A stretch of DNA of 64,000 nucleotides, taken from NCBI GenBank assembly GCA_028534125.1, contig CM052817.1, positions 98,458,001 through 98,522,000 of the forward strand. Reading direction: 5' to 3'. Each line of letters opens with the position of its first letter. Position 1 is the stretch's first letter. This document shows positions 10,738-23,865 of this stretch, one piece after another. The notes beneath the pieces are model-generated. The model ran no database searches. It had not been told where the DNA came from and worked only from the letters and a program-made list of their open reading frames with translations. Source of the DNA: Lama glama. Lineage: Eukaryota. Position numbers and translations under genes: made by a program.

Positions 10738-13396
10738 TTTAAAGGCAAGGCTTCAAGCAGTATAAGATACATGCATTTATATATAATATTATATATTATA
10801 TTATTATTATATATTGTAATATATGTCAAATGGATAGAAATCATGACTTTCTTAATTCTTATGTTCTAATTTACTTTCCTTTTTCCTTTAATAATAATTT
10901 ATTTACCCTAAAACAAAATCAGAAACTTTTAGAGCCCAGTAAATTACAATATACCCCAGAGAAAACAATAAGATCTATGTTCTTTCACAATTTAAGCAAC
11001 ATTCTGTTATTAAAGAGATCTCAGTGACTGTTTCAGATATTCAGTGAAGCTGTAACTTTAAACTAGAGTTACAACAATACGTGGAGAAAAATCTTTTTTG
11101 TGCAAATCTTTACAGACTATAGTCCTAAACTAAAAAAAATGACAAGCTTAAAAAAATATTATTTTTCACCCAAGACACAAAGCAAGGACCACATCTAGGT
11201 TTTTCAAAGAGAAAATCAACATTTTTCACATTTTACTAATAGTTTACATAAAATAAGTTTCTGGACACAAGCCTTCAGATATTTTTGCCCTTATGAAAAA
11301 ATATATTGCAATTATAAAAGAGCAGTTTAGCTTGAACTAAAAAAATTAAACAAAACCACAACAGAACAGTGATGAAATCTCCATTCTTATTTGATTAAAT
11401 ATACTTTCATTTTAAGGAAAAAAAGAACAGCTGCTCTAGAGCATTTGGAAATAATTATTTTTGTTGCAATTTTTTACACTTTTAGCATGTTCAGCCTTTC
11501 AACTCCCCATGTTTATGAATACTGAAAGACATATCATAAAATGAATAATCTGCCCAATAATTTGGTTTTAAAGCATATAAGGTAAACTGCATAAAATTTT
11601 ACTTATTTTTGTGGTATCTGTGCAGTCTACATATAATCAGTATAAACAAGAACTGTAAAAATGTCCAGTGATATTTTTTACATGTTTGTATTCATTGCTG
11701 TTATTGTATTGGATTGTACTTTCCCAAATTCTTTTTTTTTTTTAGCAGTTATCAAGTTTTAGCCTACTATGCAGAAGCAGACACACAGATATATACAGAA
11801 ATACATTCCATTTGAGTGGCTTCTCCTTTTAATTCATCTTCATTTATGCATTTCATTCATTTAACAAATTTTTATTAATGCCCAATACACGCCAGTAACT
11901 GTGATAAATATAGGGATTCTTTAGCTTCCGTGAAGTTATGGTTCCTAGTAAGTATTCCAGATTTTTTTGGCACAGATAGAACCTTTAGCAAATCTCAAAA
12001 CACATCACATAGGTGATTGCTCATTCTGCCAGCCTTTCACTCACAATTTCACAATAATCTATAGCTAGTAATGGGGATTCTCTCGACAAACATTTTAGAA
12101 GAAAGGTCCTCCATCTTTTCTTTAGCACTAAACTAACAGTGGTCAAACCCCTGTAGAGTAGACTCTATGTATATGGGAAAGGAAGAGTTACATTTCTATT
12201 TTCAGACTAAAGCCTTGAGAATGACTGACCCCTTCAAAGGGCTGATATGTTCCTCCATAAGGGGAAGACACGTGATTTATCTCAGGTGGATGGCATTCGA
12301 AATAGAGGCTTTTATCAGCCCTTACGATGATCTTGAAACTCTAAGTATCACACAATTAGCAGAATTTTCACTATGTGGCAGTTAAGGGCTGTAAATCTCA
12401 GCTTTCAGTGTTATCACATTTCAAGATTGTTATCTATTAAAACTATTTCACCCACTGGACCCTATACCTTATGAGGAATTTTAGACAGCATTTACCTCTT
12501 CACATAAATATTTAATTCTAGACTCAGTTGAGGCCCATACATCATTCCACTACCCTGGGGTCTCAAATTATCTGATTAAGCCTCAAAAGAATTTAAGGGA
12601 TGGATCAATACAATAACCAAAAACTTTAAACAGATCTATTGCACGTGTATGAGATTTTGACATTATATTCACAAATATTAATACCTTGAGTGAATACTGG
12701 TTAGATAAATATGTGTTTGATGACCCTCCAGCTGATGCTTGAATTCCTTCTATAATAATCCAAACAAAAAAAGGCTGGTAAAATTGTAGTTGGATACAGA
12801 AAATTTTTAAGCAAGAGTGCCTTGAGAACCCAAGGAGGTGTTTATTCTGCAAATTTTCAAAAATTTATTTCAAAATCAACTGAAGCTTCACTCTACAAGT
12901 AGTTTTCTCTTAATGACAGCCTGAAGCTCAAGAACATGAGTAACAAGTTGAAAAGAAGGAAAACTACAAAAATAGTTTCTTTGAATCAATAGCCCCCTAG
13001 GTCTTCAAGTAGCTCACCAAGTTCCAGAGAGTTGCTCAATCTCACTTAAGGCATTTTAAAGGGTCATCTATATTTTCTTTTGAAGAATTACATATTTTTT
13101 AAAAAATAACTCAACTGTAGAGAAACTTTTAAAATTGTAAGAATTTATCCTTGTAATTTCCTAAAACCATCAATATTTACACACATTAAAAACATCCAAT
13201 CTCTCAAGTTCAAATAAAGGAGCTGAAAATCAGTTATTAGTAGTTGTTTCTGAAGTCTCTAGCTTATGACACAGTATTTGAAATGAAATATAAAGGAAAT
13301 GACTGTTCAATACCAGCTGTTTGACTTTGCATTTGAAATGAATACAAAATAATGAAAATCACGGTGTTGCTACCACACTTGAGCAGTGAGACTCAC

Positions 13397-13488
13397 CATT
13401 TTCTTTCAGAAGCCCCATGGGAGAGGTCATGGGTCTTAAGTGCAAACCATGGTTGACGATGGGGAAGGGACAAAATGAGTCCAACGTC
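13397..13488 (-). CDS. IQCM: IQCM internal coding exon (92 nt): (R)TLDSFCPFPIVNHGLHLRPMTSPMGLLKEN
   Basis: Donor AATG|gtgagt (strong) and acceptor ctttgtgttttggaaacAG|g. The phase-2 start fits the previous exon. Similar to recalled human RMLELLYPFPVHLYLQPGTSNLELLKEP. The exact acceptor is discussed under findings. Confidence 0.82.
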
Positions 13489-14009
13489 CTGTTTCCAAAA
13501 CACAAAGTCAGAGCTTTGAGTGACTTAATAGTACCTCGTTTGTAATCCAAACTTTCTAGACTAATGTTATAGGATTACACAATAATCATGGAGAGAAAAC
13601 CACCTGTCTCCTTTCCACAGAGGCTACAACCATTGTTATCTCAGTCCCTTCACTACAGAGTAACAGGCACATGGTGGGCCCTTTATAAATACTTATTATT
13701 GAATGAAGACAAAAATAATACCAAATTTTGCTGGCCCTGAGCATGGATAACATAGGAACATTTGCTTTCTGAAAGAAAAACTCTAACAAAAATCAGAGAA
13801 ATGAACACACATCATATCTACTTCTGTTTTGCAAGAGCTTTTAAGTAATTTGTTTTCCTATCACAGCTTGGAAAGCTTTAATCAAGTCAGTTGAATCAAA
13901 AAACAAGTACCATGTAGAAACTTCAGCAAATGTAAGTAAGCAAAAGTGAGAAGGTAAAAATTACCCCTAATTCACTACCCTAGTATTTGACTGATAATTG
14001 CACAGTCTT

Positions 14010-14220
14010 GATTCTTCCTATGAGCTGAGCACTATTCATTATGTGTCTTACCACATTTCACCCTCACAAGAAGTGCCTGGGTATTTACTATTATTAAACC
14101 CATTTTATAAATGAAGAAACTAAGAGGTTTAGGGGTTAAAAGTATATAGTTCACATTACTCCAGCTAGAAGTGGGTAGAGCCAGGATTTAAATCCAGGCA
14201 GGAGGACTTCAGGAACTAAG
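14010..14220 (-). mobile_element. MIR
   Basis: cccattttataaatgaagaaactaagagg..agagccaggatttaaatccaggc. Confidence 0.75.
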
Positions 14221-16162
14221 TAAGCCCCTTTTTACTACTTTATACTGACTATTTGTCATGATTAACAGATGTAATATACTCCATACTTTCTCTATGTTTA
14301 GATGTCCATAAACATACATGAACCTTTTAGCTTATTTCTTACACTTAATAATACATCATGAATACATTTCTGTGTAAATGGTACAAAGATACACATTTTT
14401 ATTTTGGCCTAGAAATGAAATTGCTAGTTCAAATGTTATAGAAATGTTATATAAATTTTTAGGATTTTAAAAAATTCTGCCCATCAAAAAACTAAAGTCT
14501 ATAAGGGAAATCTGTGACTCTCCTGTTTAGAGTTTTATATTTAACATATAATAGGCACCCAATAAATAGTAAACAAATTAGTGACTTATAGGATCCATTA
14601 ATCTAGCTGTCACTCATGTGGTCACACTTACACAGTTGGCCAAAGAACTGACATATCCCTTATACAACAAAATCATACTGTCAAGAGAAAATATGAGAGG
14701 CTTGAGTATGCAGTCAGCTTTGCAAAACTCCACTTGAAATTTTAGAATTTTATTTACAGGCCACCAAGAATGGCGCCAAGATACACAGTTGTAGTTTGCT
14801 TTGCTTCCTTATAACTAGTCCTTGGTTAAGTATTACTTAAATCCCCAAGTGAGAACTATTCATTGTATGTTTTAATGATTCCTTATTAATGAAAGATTCT
14901 AAAAGAAGTAGACCACAGTCCATCCACTTAAGCAAAATATTTTACAAACATTAAGGTGAAATGCCATGAGGGATTGCATCATTATTTTATAATATCCTCA
15001 TTCTGTGATTAAACTGATTAGAATAACCTAAGTACAAATTATCACGTAACGCATAAGAAATGTCCACTGATCACAAAACTAGGGGAAGAAGTTCAGGCTC
15101 ACTTGCCTAAATTACAGAGTGCATATAGAAATACAGTTGTCATATACCAAATATTATCAAGTAAAAAATTAGCTCTAATAAATAAGTGCATAAAAATGGA
15201 TTTCCTTGATGGAAAATTAACATTTAGAATGCACTTACATTTATTATCATTGTCATAAAAAGAGTATTTAATATAATAATTAATCTTTGAAGTCAGAATT
15301 CGAAGGTATATTGAAGAACTTCACTTCTTTAAATTTGAAAATGCAAAAGTATTCAATTTTGTTTTCCTCTGCAAGTCAAACATAGAGAAATTTGGAAAAA
15401 AGAAGGAATCATACGTTATATTTTTATGGTCCACCTAAAAATATTATGTCACCTTAAAAATTAGTGTTTTCCAAGGCATCTTCAGGAGAAATTTAAGTAG
15501 TTAATGTACAACTCCTTTCACAGAGGTCTGTTTGTCTTGAACAGAAACCTTTCCAGAGTCCCACAATAAGCTGGGCAATTCATGTTGTTCAGTCCTAGAG
15601 CCTTCCCTTCACTGTTAACAATCCCCTACCCAATTTCCTGACTGATTCTGTTTTCCTTTCTGCCGCTTGTATCCTCATGGCTAAGTTTCCCTATCTTCAT
15701 TATGGGCTGAACCAGACTTCAATAAAAATTTCAGTCTGATGACATTTTCTTTGTCTACTTAAGCACAGGTTTTCTAAAACTCTAAGTCACCACGTCCAAA
15801 AACATATTTGTCTTTCCTTCTCCATTCCTATCATACTTCTAACAATAATGAAACAAAGCTAACTGCTAGGGTAGGTAACCAGTTACCGCCATAAGCTAGC
15901 TATAAATAAAAATAAGGCAGCCTTGGTGGCTTGAAGTTCAGGCTCTATGTGCTCCAGGCTGTCACTGGAATTACAAGTAGTTGCTCTTAATTTCAAAGGG
16001 TGTTGATCTTCCTCAATAAGCAGGACGTGTTTTCATTAAAAATGGAATGTTAGGGTGTCAAGAGACCTTAATCTTTTACCAGTTGCAGAAGAAACAGTTC
16101 TTTGGGAAATATTCAACTCTCTTGAGAAAGACATACTGAAAGATACCTGGTCAGATTTCTCG

Positions 16163-19100
16163 TTTTCTTTTTTTCTTCTTAAATTTTTTTATTGATATAT
16201 AGTTGATTTACAATGCTATGTTAATGTCTGGTGTATAGCATAGTTATTCAGTTATATATAGATACATATATATTCATTTTTATATTCTTTTTCAAAGTAG
16301 GCTATTAAAGATATTGAAAATAGTTCCCTATGCCATACAATAGGACCTTGTTGGTTATCTATTTTACGTAATAGTAGTTAATATCTGCAAATCTCAAACT
16401 CTCAATTTATCCCTCCACCACCCTCCTTTTCTCCCTGGTAATCATAAGTTTGTTTTCTATGCCTGGGAGTCTGTTTCTGTTTTATAAATAAGTTCACTTG
16501 TGTCATTTTTTCAGATTCCACATACAAGTGATATCATATGATATTTTTCTTTCTATTTCTGGCTTACTTCACTTAGTATGACATTCTCCAGATCCATTCA
16601 TGTTGCTGCAAATGGCATTATTTTATTTGTTTTTATGGCTAAGTAACATTCCATTGTATATATACACACTACATCTTCTTTATCCAATTATCTGTTGATG
16701 GATATTTAGGTTACTTCCATGTCTTGGCTATTGTAAACAGTGCTTTTATGAACATTGGGGTGCATGTATCTTTTCGAATTAGAGTTTCCTACGAATATAT
16801 GCCCAGGAATGGGATTGCTGGATCACAGGGTAAGTCTATTTTTAGTTTTTTAAGGAATCTCCATACTGTTTTCCATAACGGCTGCATCAAACTACATTCC
16901 CACCAACAGTTAGCGGGGGTTCTCTTTTCTCCAAACCTCTCCAGAATTTGTTTGCGGACTTTTTAATGATGGTCATTCTGACTCTTATGAGGTTATACCA
17001 GCGTAGCTTTGATTTGCATTTCTCTGATAATTAGTGATATTGAGCCTTTTTCATGCACCTAGTAGCCATTTGCATATCTTCACTGGATAAATGTTTCTTT
17101 AGGTCTTCTGCCCATGTTTTGATTGGTTTTTTTTTTCCTTTTGTTATTGAGTTGTATGAGCTGTTTGTATATTCTGGAAATTAAGCCCTCATCACTTGCA
17201 AATATTTTCTCTCATTCCATAAGTTGTCTTTTCATTTTGTTTATAGTTTCCTTTGTTGTGCAAAAGCTTATAAGTTTAATTAGGTCCCACTTGTTTATTT
17301 TTGCTTTTATTTCTATTGCCTTGGTAGACTGCCCTAGGAGAACATTGCTAAGATTTATATCAGAAAATGTTTTGCCTATGTTTTCTTTTAGGAGGTTTAT
17401 AAAAGTGTCTTGTCTCACATTTAAGTCTTTTAGCCATTTTGAGTTTATTTTTGTGTATGGTGAGGGAGTGTTCTAACTGTCTGGCTGGCTGTCCAGCTTT
17501 CCCAACACCACTCACAAAGAGGCTGTCTTTTCTTCATTGTATATTCCTGTCTCCTTTGTCAAAGATTAATTGACTGTAGGTGTCTGGGTTTATTTCTAGG
17601 CTCTCTATTCTGTTCCATTGATTCATAAATATCTGGTTTTGTGCCAGTATCACACTGTTTTGATTACTATAGCTCTGGAGGATTTCTGAAGTCTGGGAGG
17701 GTTATTCCTCCATCTTTGCTCTTTTCCTTCAGTATTGCTTTGGCAATTCTGGTTTTTTTGTGATTCTATATAAATTTTATAATTATTTGTTCTAGTTCTG
17801 TGAAAAATGTCCTGGGTAATTTGACAGGGATTGCATTAAATCTGTAGATTGCTTTGGGTAGTTTGGCCATTTTAACAATATTAATTCTTCCAATCCAAAA
17901 GTATGGGATATCTTTCCATTTCTTTAAATTATCTTTAATTTCCTTAATCAACATTTTATAGCTCTCTGCATATAACTCTTTCACTTCCTTGGTCAGCTTT
18001 ATTCCTAAGTATTTTTTGATGTGATTTTAAAAGGGATTTTATTTTTTTAATTTCCTTTTCTGATTATTTCATTGTTATTGTAAAGAAATGCAACAGATTT
18101 CTGTGCGTTAATCTTGTATTCTGCCACCTTACTGAATTCATTTATCAGCTCTGGTAGTTTCTATGTGGAGTTTTTAGGGTTTCCTATATATAGTATATGT
18201 TATCTGCATATAGTGACAATTTTACCTCTTCTCTTCCAATTTAGATCCCTTTTATTTCTTTTTCTTGTCTGATTTGCTATAGATGGGACTTCCTATACTA
18301 CACTGAATAGAAGTGGTGAGAGTGGCATGCTTGTCTTGATCCAGATTTTAACGGGAAGGCTTTCGACTTTTCACCACTGAGTATTATGTTGGCTGTGGGT
18401 CTGCCATAAATAGCTTTTATTATGTTGAGGTATATCCCCTCTATATACATTTTGGTCAGAATTTTTATCATGAATGGATGTTGAGTTTTATCGAATGCTT
18501 TTTCTGCATCTATTGAGATGATCATGTGATTTTGTTGATGTGGTGTATCATGTTGACTGATCTGCATATGTTGAACCATTCTTGTGTCCCTGGGATGAAT
18601 CCAACTTGATCATAGTGTATGATCTTTTTTATGTGTTGTTGGATTCAATTTGCTAATATTTTGTTGAGAATTTCTGCATCTATATTCCTCAAAGATATTG
18701 GCCTGTAATTTTCTTTTTGGGTAGTGTCTTCGTCTGGTTTTGCTATCAGGGTGATGGCTTCGTACAATGAGTTTGGGAGTGTTCTCTCCTCTTCAATCTT
18801 TTGAAAGCGTTTGAGGACTGGTATAAGTTCTTTGTATGTTTGGTAGAACTCCCCAGTGAAGCCATCTGATCTTGGACTTTTGTTTGCAAGGAGGTTTTTA
18901 AATTACTGATTCTATTCCACTTCTAGTGATCGGTCTGTTCAAATTATCTATTTCTTCTTGATTCACTTTTGGTGGGCTGTATGTTTCTAGAAACTTGTCC
19001 ATTTCTTCTAGGTTGATCAATTTGTAGGCATATAATTGGTTATAGTATTCTCTCTTACGGTTTTTTGTATTTCTGTGGTATTTGGTTGTAATTTCTCCAT

Positions 19101-19939
19101 TTTCATTTCTTATTTTGTTTATTTATGTCCTGTCTCTTTTCTTTTTGGTGAGTCTGGCCAGAGGTTTGTCAATTTTGTTTACTCTTTCAAAAAACCAGCT
19201 CTTGGTTTGATTGATTTTTTCATTTTTTTTCAATCTCTATTTTATTTCCTCCATGATCTTTATTATTTCTTTACTTCTGCCTACTTCAAGTTTTGTTTGT
19301 TCTTTTTCTAATTTTTTAAAGTGGTAGGTTAGGTTGTTTTTTTGAGATTGTTCCTGTTTTTTGAGAAAGGCCTGTTTCACTATGAACTTCCCTCTTAGGA
19401 CTGCTTTTGCTGCATCCCATAGATTTTGTGTGGTTGTGTTTTCATTGTCACTTATCTCAAGTTATTATTTAATTTCTTCTTTGATTTCATCATTGATCCT
19501 TTTTTTAGTAGCATGTTGTTTAGTCTCCATGCAGCTGTTTTTTTTTCTCCTCATTTCTCTTTCTGTTGTTGATTTCTAGTTTCATAGCATTGTAGTCAGA
19601 ATAGATGCTTGAAATAATTTCTATCCTCTTAAATTTGTTGAGGCTTCTTTTGTGTCCAAGTATGTGGTCCATCCTAGAGAATGTCCCATGTGTACTTGAA
19701 AAGAATGTATATTCAGCTTTTTTTTGGATATAATTTCCTGAAAATATAAATTAAGCCTAATTGTCCTATTGTGTCATTTAGTATCTCTATTGTCTTATTG
19801 ATTTTCTGTCTAGACTATTGTCCAGATGTTAGTAGGACGTTAAAGTCTCCTACTATTATTGTATTCCCATCAGTTTCTCCCTTTATGTCTGTTAAGTATT
19901 TGTTTTACGTAATTAGGTGCTCCTATATTGGGTACATAT
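16163..19939 (-). mobile_element. 3.8-kb 5'-truncated L1 (disrupted ORF2 from the endonuclease domain through RT, 3' UTR, poly-A), same orientation as IQCM
   Basis: ORF fragments [14 protein letters not shown] and [32 protein letters not shown]. The RT YADD motif is decayed to YADN near 18200. Poly-T tail at 16163-16190. Many stops and frameshifts. Confidence 0.96.
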
Positions 19940-20996
19940 GAGTGCTTCAATTGTCCCAGTTTAGAGACCTAAGACTAAATTATTCTTCTTCCTTGGATTA
20001 CCACCCCACCGAAATATACCAAAAATGATAGTTTTTCAAATTAGTTCAGTAAACTATCTAGTACCTATAAAATTCTAAACTAAATTTACCTGAAATTCTA
20101 AATTGTTCCTAAAATTCCAAACTGTTCAGTTAAATTGCTATATTAACTACTCTTTTTAACAGCTAACACTCTGCTAGACTAACCTGGGTCTTCGATAAAC
20201 TTAATAAAGGCAGAAAGAATATTTCTTTAAACTGGTAAATTTCCAATAAATCATTTCTTTTCCTTCACAATTAAATGACCCAGATTTCTGACCATGTTAA
20301 ATAATGAATTAATGTAAAACAAGTCACTGAAAAATACATTTTAACAGAGCAGTATTCACATTCTAGAAGTATTAATATCCCTAGACAATAAAAGGCTTCT
20401 AGAGATTCTATCTGTAGCTTTCAGGCCGACAGTAACATACTCAATTGTAAAGTTACCTCAAATATGATGTTGCTATTTAGTGAAATAATTCAGAAAAGTA
20501 ACTGACCCATCTTCAGACATCTTTGGAAAGCAGAAGAAATGCTCAAAATTCCTGCCTTTAAACTATGCTCTGTAGGATCAGCTTTACCTTCTGTTAGAAA
20601 AGACTAACTATAAATTATTATATTAAAAAAGAAAAATTATAACTCTACTCTGTTCCATAATTGCTGCAGATGAGCTATTAAAATTCTAAACTTATGTAAT
20701 ATTATCGTAAAATATGGCATTTTTCTCAAGAAAGCCACAAATTGGATTTGAGCTTATGCACTGTAAAACCCAGATGGTTTGCTTAACTACTCAGACATCC
20801 TCAAGTTCAAAAGTTAATTGAACTGAAAACTAAAATTCTGATAATTGATATGCTTTGAGGTACTCAAGCAGAAGGCTAAATTAGCCTCATGCATGAGTTG
20901 TTAATAGAATTGAGAAACCATAACAATTGGTCAGGAAATACTGGCAAAGTATAAGAAAAGTTTATATTTTCTATAGGTTCGCTGATTACATGTTAC

Positions 20997-21087
20997 CTGG
21001 GCTTTCCGTGGTGCTGCTGCTTTTCTTTCTCCATTTTTTTACTTACTGATTCAATATTAGTCACTATTTTACCCAGTTTAACTTGCT
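20997..21087 (-). CDS. IQCM: IQCM internal coding exon (91 nt): EQVKLGKIVTNIESVSKKMEKEKQQHHGKP(R)
   Basis: Acceptor ttttcttcttcttattccAG|ag and donor CCAG|gtaaca. Phase 1 in and phase 2 out, compatible with both neighbours. Similar to recalled human GQVKLDKIMTIIEPVSKKMETAKQQH. Not in the ORF track. Confidence 0.9.
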
Positions 21088-21938
21088 CTGGAATAAGAAG
21101 AAGAAAAAAAAGCTTTAATTGTATACTATTTGTTTTCAAGTTCTTAGTGCATTTTTTGAATTAAATTGCAAATCACAGATTTTTTAATAACAAGAGGTAC
21201 AACATTGTTCAAAAAAATTACTAACACAAAGATACTCTAAAAACACATTTGAGTGCTTTTTTCCAACCCATGCTCCTCAGATGTTTTGCAATTACTAAAA
21301 CTTAGGAGTAGAAGTATAGAGTAAATGAATATCATATATCAGAAAGGAGATAGCTTCCAGAGAAATGTCTGCAAGAGTATATAGCACATACTAGTGAATG
21401 CAAGCACCCTCGTTTATACATATCAGCATTATTATCATTTTTATCTTCGTAAGACTTAGTTTTTATAGGAGAGCTTGCTATTTTAAAATAATGTAGAAAT
21501 CATTAGTTAATATAAATAGGGGCACTGAGCTCTCCAGAAGTCTCCTCCATTTGATAGAAAGACTAACTCCAGAAAAGGCAAAGCTTTGTTTTTAAAAGAA
21601 ATTGAGTTTGAGTCTAAAATAAACTTAGATAAATATTTTTTAAATATCTGTTACTTTCTATTTTGTACAGATAATGGGGCTAACACATAGTTTGAAACAC
21701 TGCAATAATATATTGTCATATATCTATTAAGGACCTGCTAGCTACCAGCTCAAGTATAATAAAAAGATAGTAAAGATACAGAGAACATATGAGATAAAAC
21801 ACTCTGTTTCAGAAATATTTACAAACGTGTTGGTGTGTCAGTGCTAACAGTCGACAGAATTATGTAATTTAGACTTAAAATGAATAACAAAGAATATAAA
21901 AAATTTGGAGACATGGAAAGCAGAATGCTTTACTGACC

Positions 21939-22574
21939 TTTTTTTATTGAAGTATAGTCAGTTTACAATGTTGTGTCAATTTCTGGTGTACAGCATAATG
22001 TTTCAGTCATACATGTACATTCATAAATTTTCATATTCTTTTTCATTATAGATTACTACAAGATATTGAATGTAGTTCCCTGTGCTATACAGTAGAAACC
22101 TGTTGTTTATTTTATTTTTTTAATGGGAGAGGTAATTAGGTTTCTTTCTTTGTTTATTTAATGGAAGTACTGGGAATTGAGCCCAAGACTTCATGCATGC
22201 TAGGCATGCACTCTACCACTAAGCTATGCCTTCACCCCTATTTATTTTATGTATAGTTATATAGTAGTTAGTATCTGCAAATCTGCAATTTATCCTTTCC
22301 TACCACCTTTCTCCTCTGGTAACCATAAATTTGTTTTCTATGTCTGGGAATCTGTTTCTGTTTTATAAATAAGTTCATTTGTGTCATTTTTTTAGATTCC
22401 ACATATAAGTGATATATGTTATTTTTCTTTCACTTTCTGGCTTACTTCACTTAGTATAATGATCTCCCAGTCCATCCATGTTGCTTCAAATGGCATTATT
22501 TTAGTCCTTTTATGGCTGAGTAGTATTCCATTATATACATACCACAACTTCTTTATCTAGTCATCTGTCAATGG
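21939..22574 (-). mobile_element. L1 3' segment (non-inverted part of a 5'-inverted insertion)
   Basis: Poly-T and tttattgaagtatagtcagtttacaatgttg..; ends at tcatctgtcaatgg. Confidence 0.9.
22112..22238 (-). mobile_element. vic-1-type SINE nested in the L1 3' UTR
   Basis: Reverse complement ggggtgaaggcatagcttagtggtagagtgcatgcctagcatgcatgaagtcttgggctcaattcccagtac. tttattttat occurs on both sides (22106-22115, 22241-22250). Confidence 0.88.
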
Positions 22575-23212
22575 CAATAGGATCTAACTGAATTTATAAG
22601 CTTTTGCACAACAAAAGAAACTATAAACAAAATGAAAAGACAACCTACAGAATGAGAGAAAATATCTACAAATGATGTGACTGTCAAGGGCTTAATTTCC
22701 ATAATACATAAACAGCACATACAACTTAGTAACAAAAAAACAAATAACCCAATCCAAAAAACAGCAGAAGACCTAAACAAGCATTTCCCCAATGAAGATA
22801 GACACATGGTTAATAGGCACATGAAAAAATGCTCAATATCACTAATTATCAGAGAAATGCAAATCAAAGCTACAATGAGGTATCACCTCATACCAGTCAG
22901 AATGGCCACCATTAAAAAGTCCACAAACAATAAATGTTGGAGAGGGTGTGGAGAAAAGGGAACCCTCCTACACTATTGGTGGGAATGTAGTGCAGCCAGT
23001 ATGCAAAACAGTATGGAGATTCCTTAAAAAACTAAAAATAGAGTTACTCTATGATCCAACATTATCACTCCTGGGCATATATTCAGAGGAAATTCCAATT
23101 TGAAAAGATGCATGCACCCCAATGTTCATAGCAGCACTCTTTACAATAGCCAAGACATGGAAGCAACCGAAGTGTACATCAACAGATGACTGGATAAGAA
23201 GTTGTGGTATAT
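22575..23212 (+). mobile_element. L1 ORF2 C-terminal segment (inverted part of the same insertion)
   Basis: ORF 22677..23027 contains [46 protein letters not shown] (L1 Cys-rich domain). Confidence 0.92.
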
Positions 23213-23629
23213 TGACTATTTATAATATACCAGGGTGCTAGTTAGCATTCCCTATGAATAATCTCACACTTAAGCCTCAAAACCTTTTTTCTTTTTTTGT
23301 GTATTTTTTGAAGTACTGTGATTATTCCCTTTTATACACTGGGGAAGCAGTTTACCCAAGATCTTGTCAGTTAAATGGTACAGAGCCAAGGCTCAAACCT
23401 GTATCCCTCTAACTGTAAGTTCACCTTTTTTCATTCTGCTCTACCATCCCCTGCAGACCTCAGGGGGCCTCAGGTGCCTAATTATGGAAAGAGGATAATT
23501 TCTGCCTTGCTTATTTTGGAGGGTGATTATAGAGCTCAAAAGACACACTTTATATAAAAGTTGAGAAATATCACAATAAGGTGAAGAAGTAGAGAAAGAA
23601 TTTATAAGTTTGAGTCTTAAAAATATCAA

Positions 23630-23865
23630 CATTTGAAAATATTTGCCATATGCTAAGTGTGCTAATTGCTATATATGGATTATCGTATTTCATACTCCCA
23701 ACCACCCCATAAATTAGGTACCATTATTATCCCCATTTTACAGATGAAGAAACTGAAGTGAAGTAGAGATTAACTTTCCCAAGGTTATACAGCTAACAGT
23801 AGGTGGAGGCAATATTCAAACCCAGGCAGGTAGTCCCTATAGCCTGCATTCTTAATCACTATGAT
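23630..23865 (-). mobile_element. MIR (a second decayed MIR lies at about 23250-23420)
   Basis: attatccccattttacagatgaagaaactgaag..aaggttatacagcta..attcaaacccaggc. Confidence 0.85.

Noticed and set aside
14758..14780. CTCF/YY1-like motif ggccaccaagaatggcgcc
   Set aside because: The spacing does not fit the CTCF core and a single partial YY1-like match is not supportable.
16724..19579. ORFs with reverse-transcriptase similarity as an active RT system
   Set aside because: They are fragments of one truncated L1 with stops, frameshifts and a YADN catalytic motif, so non-functional.
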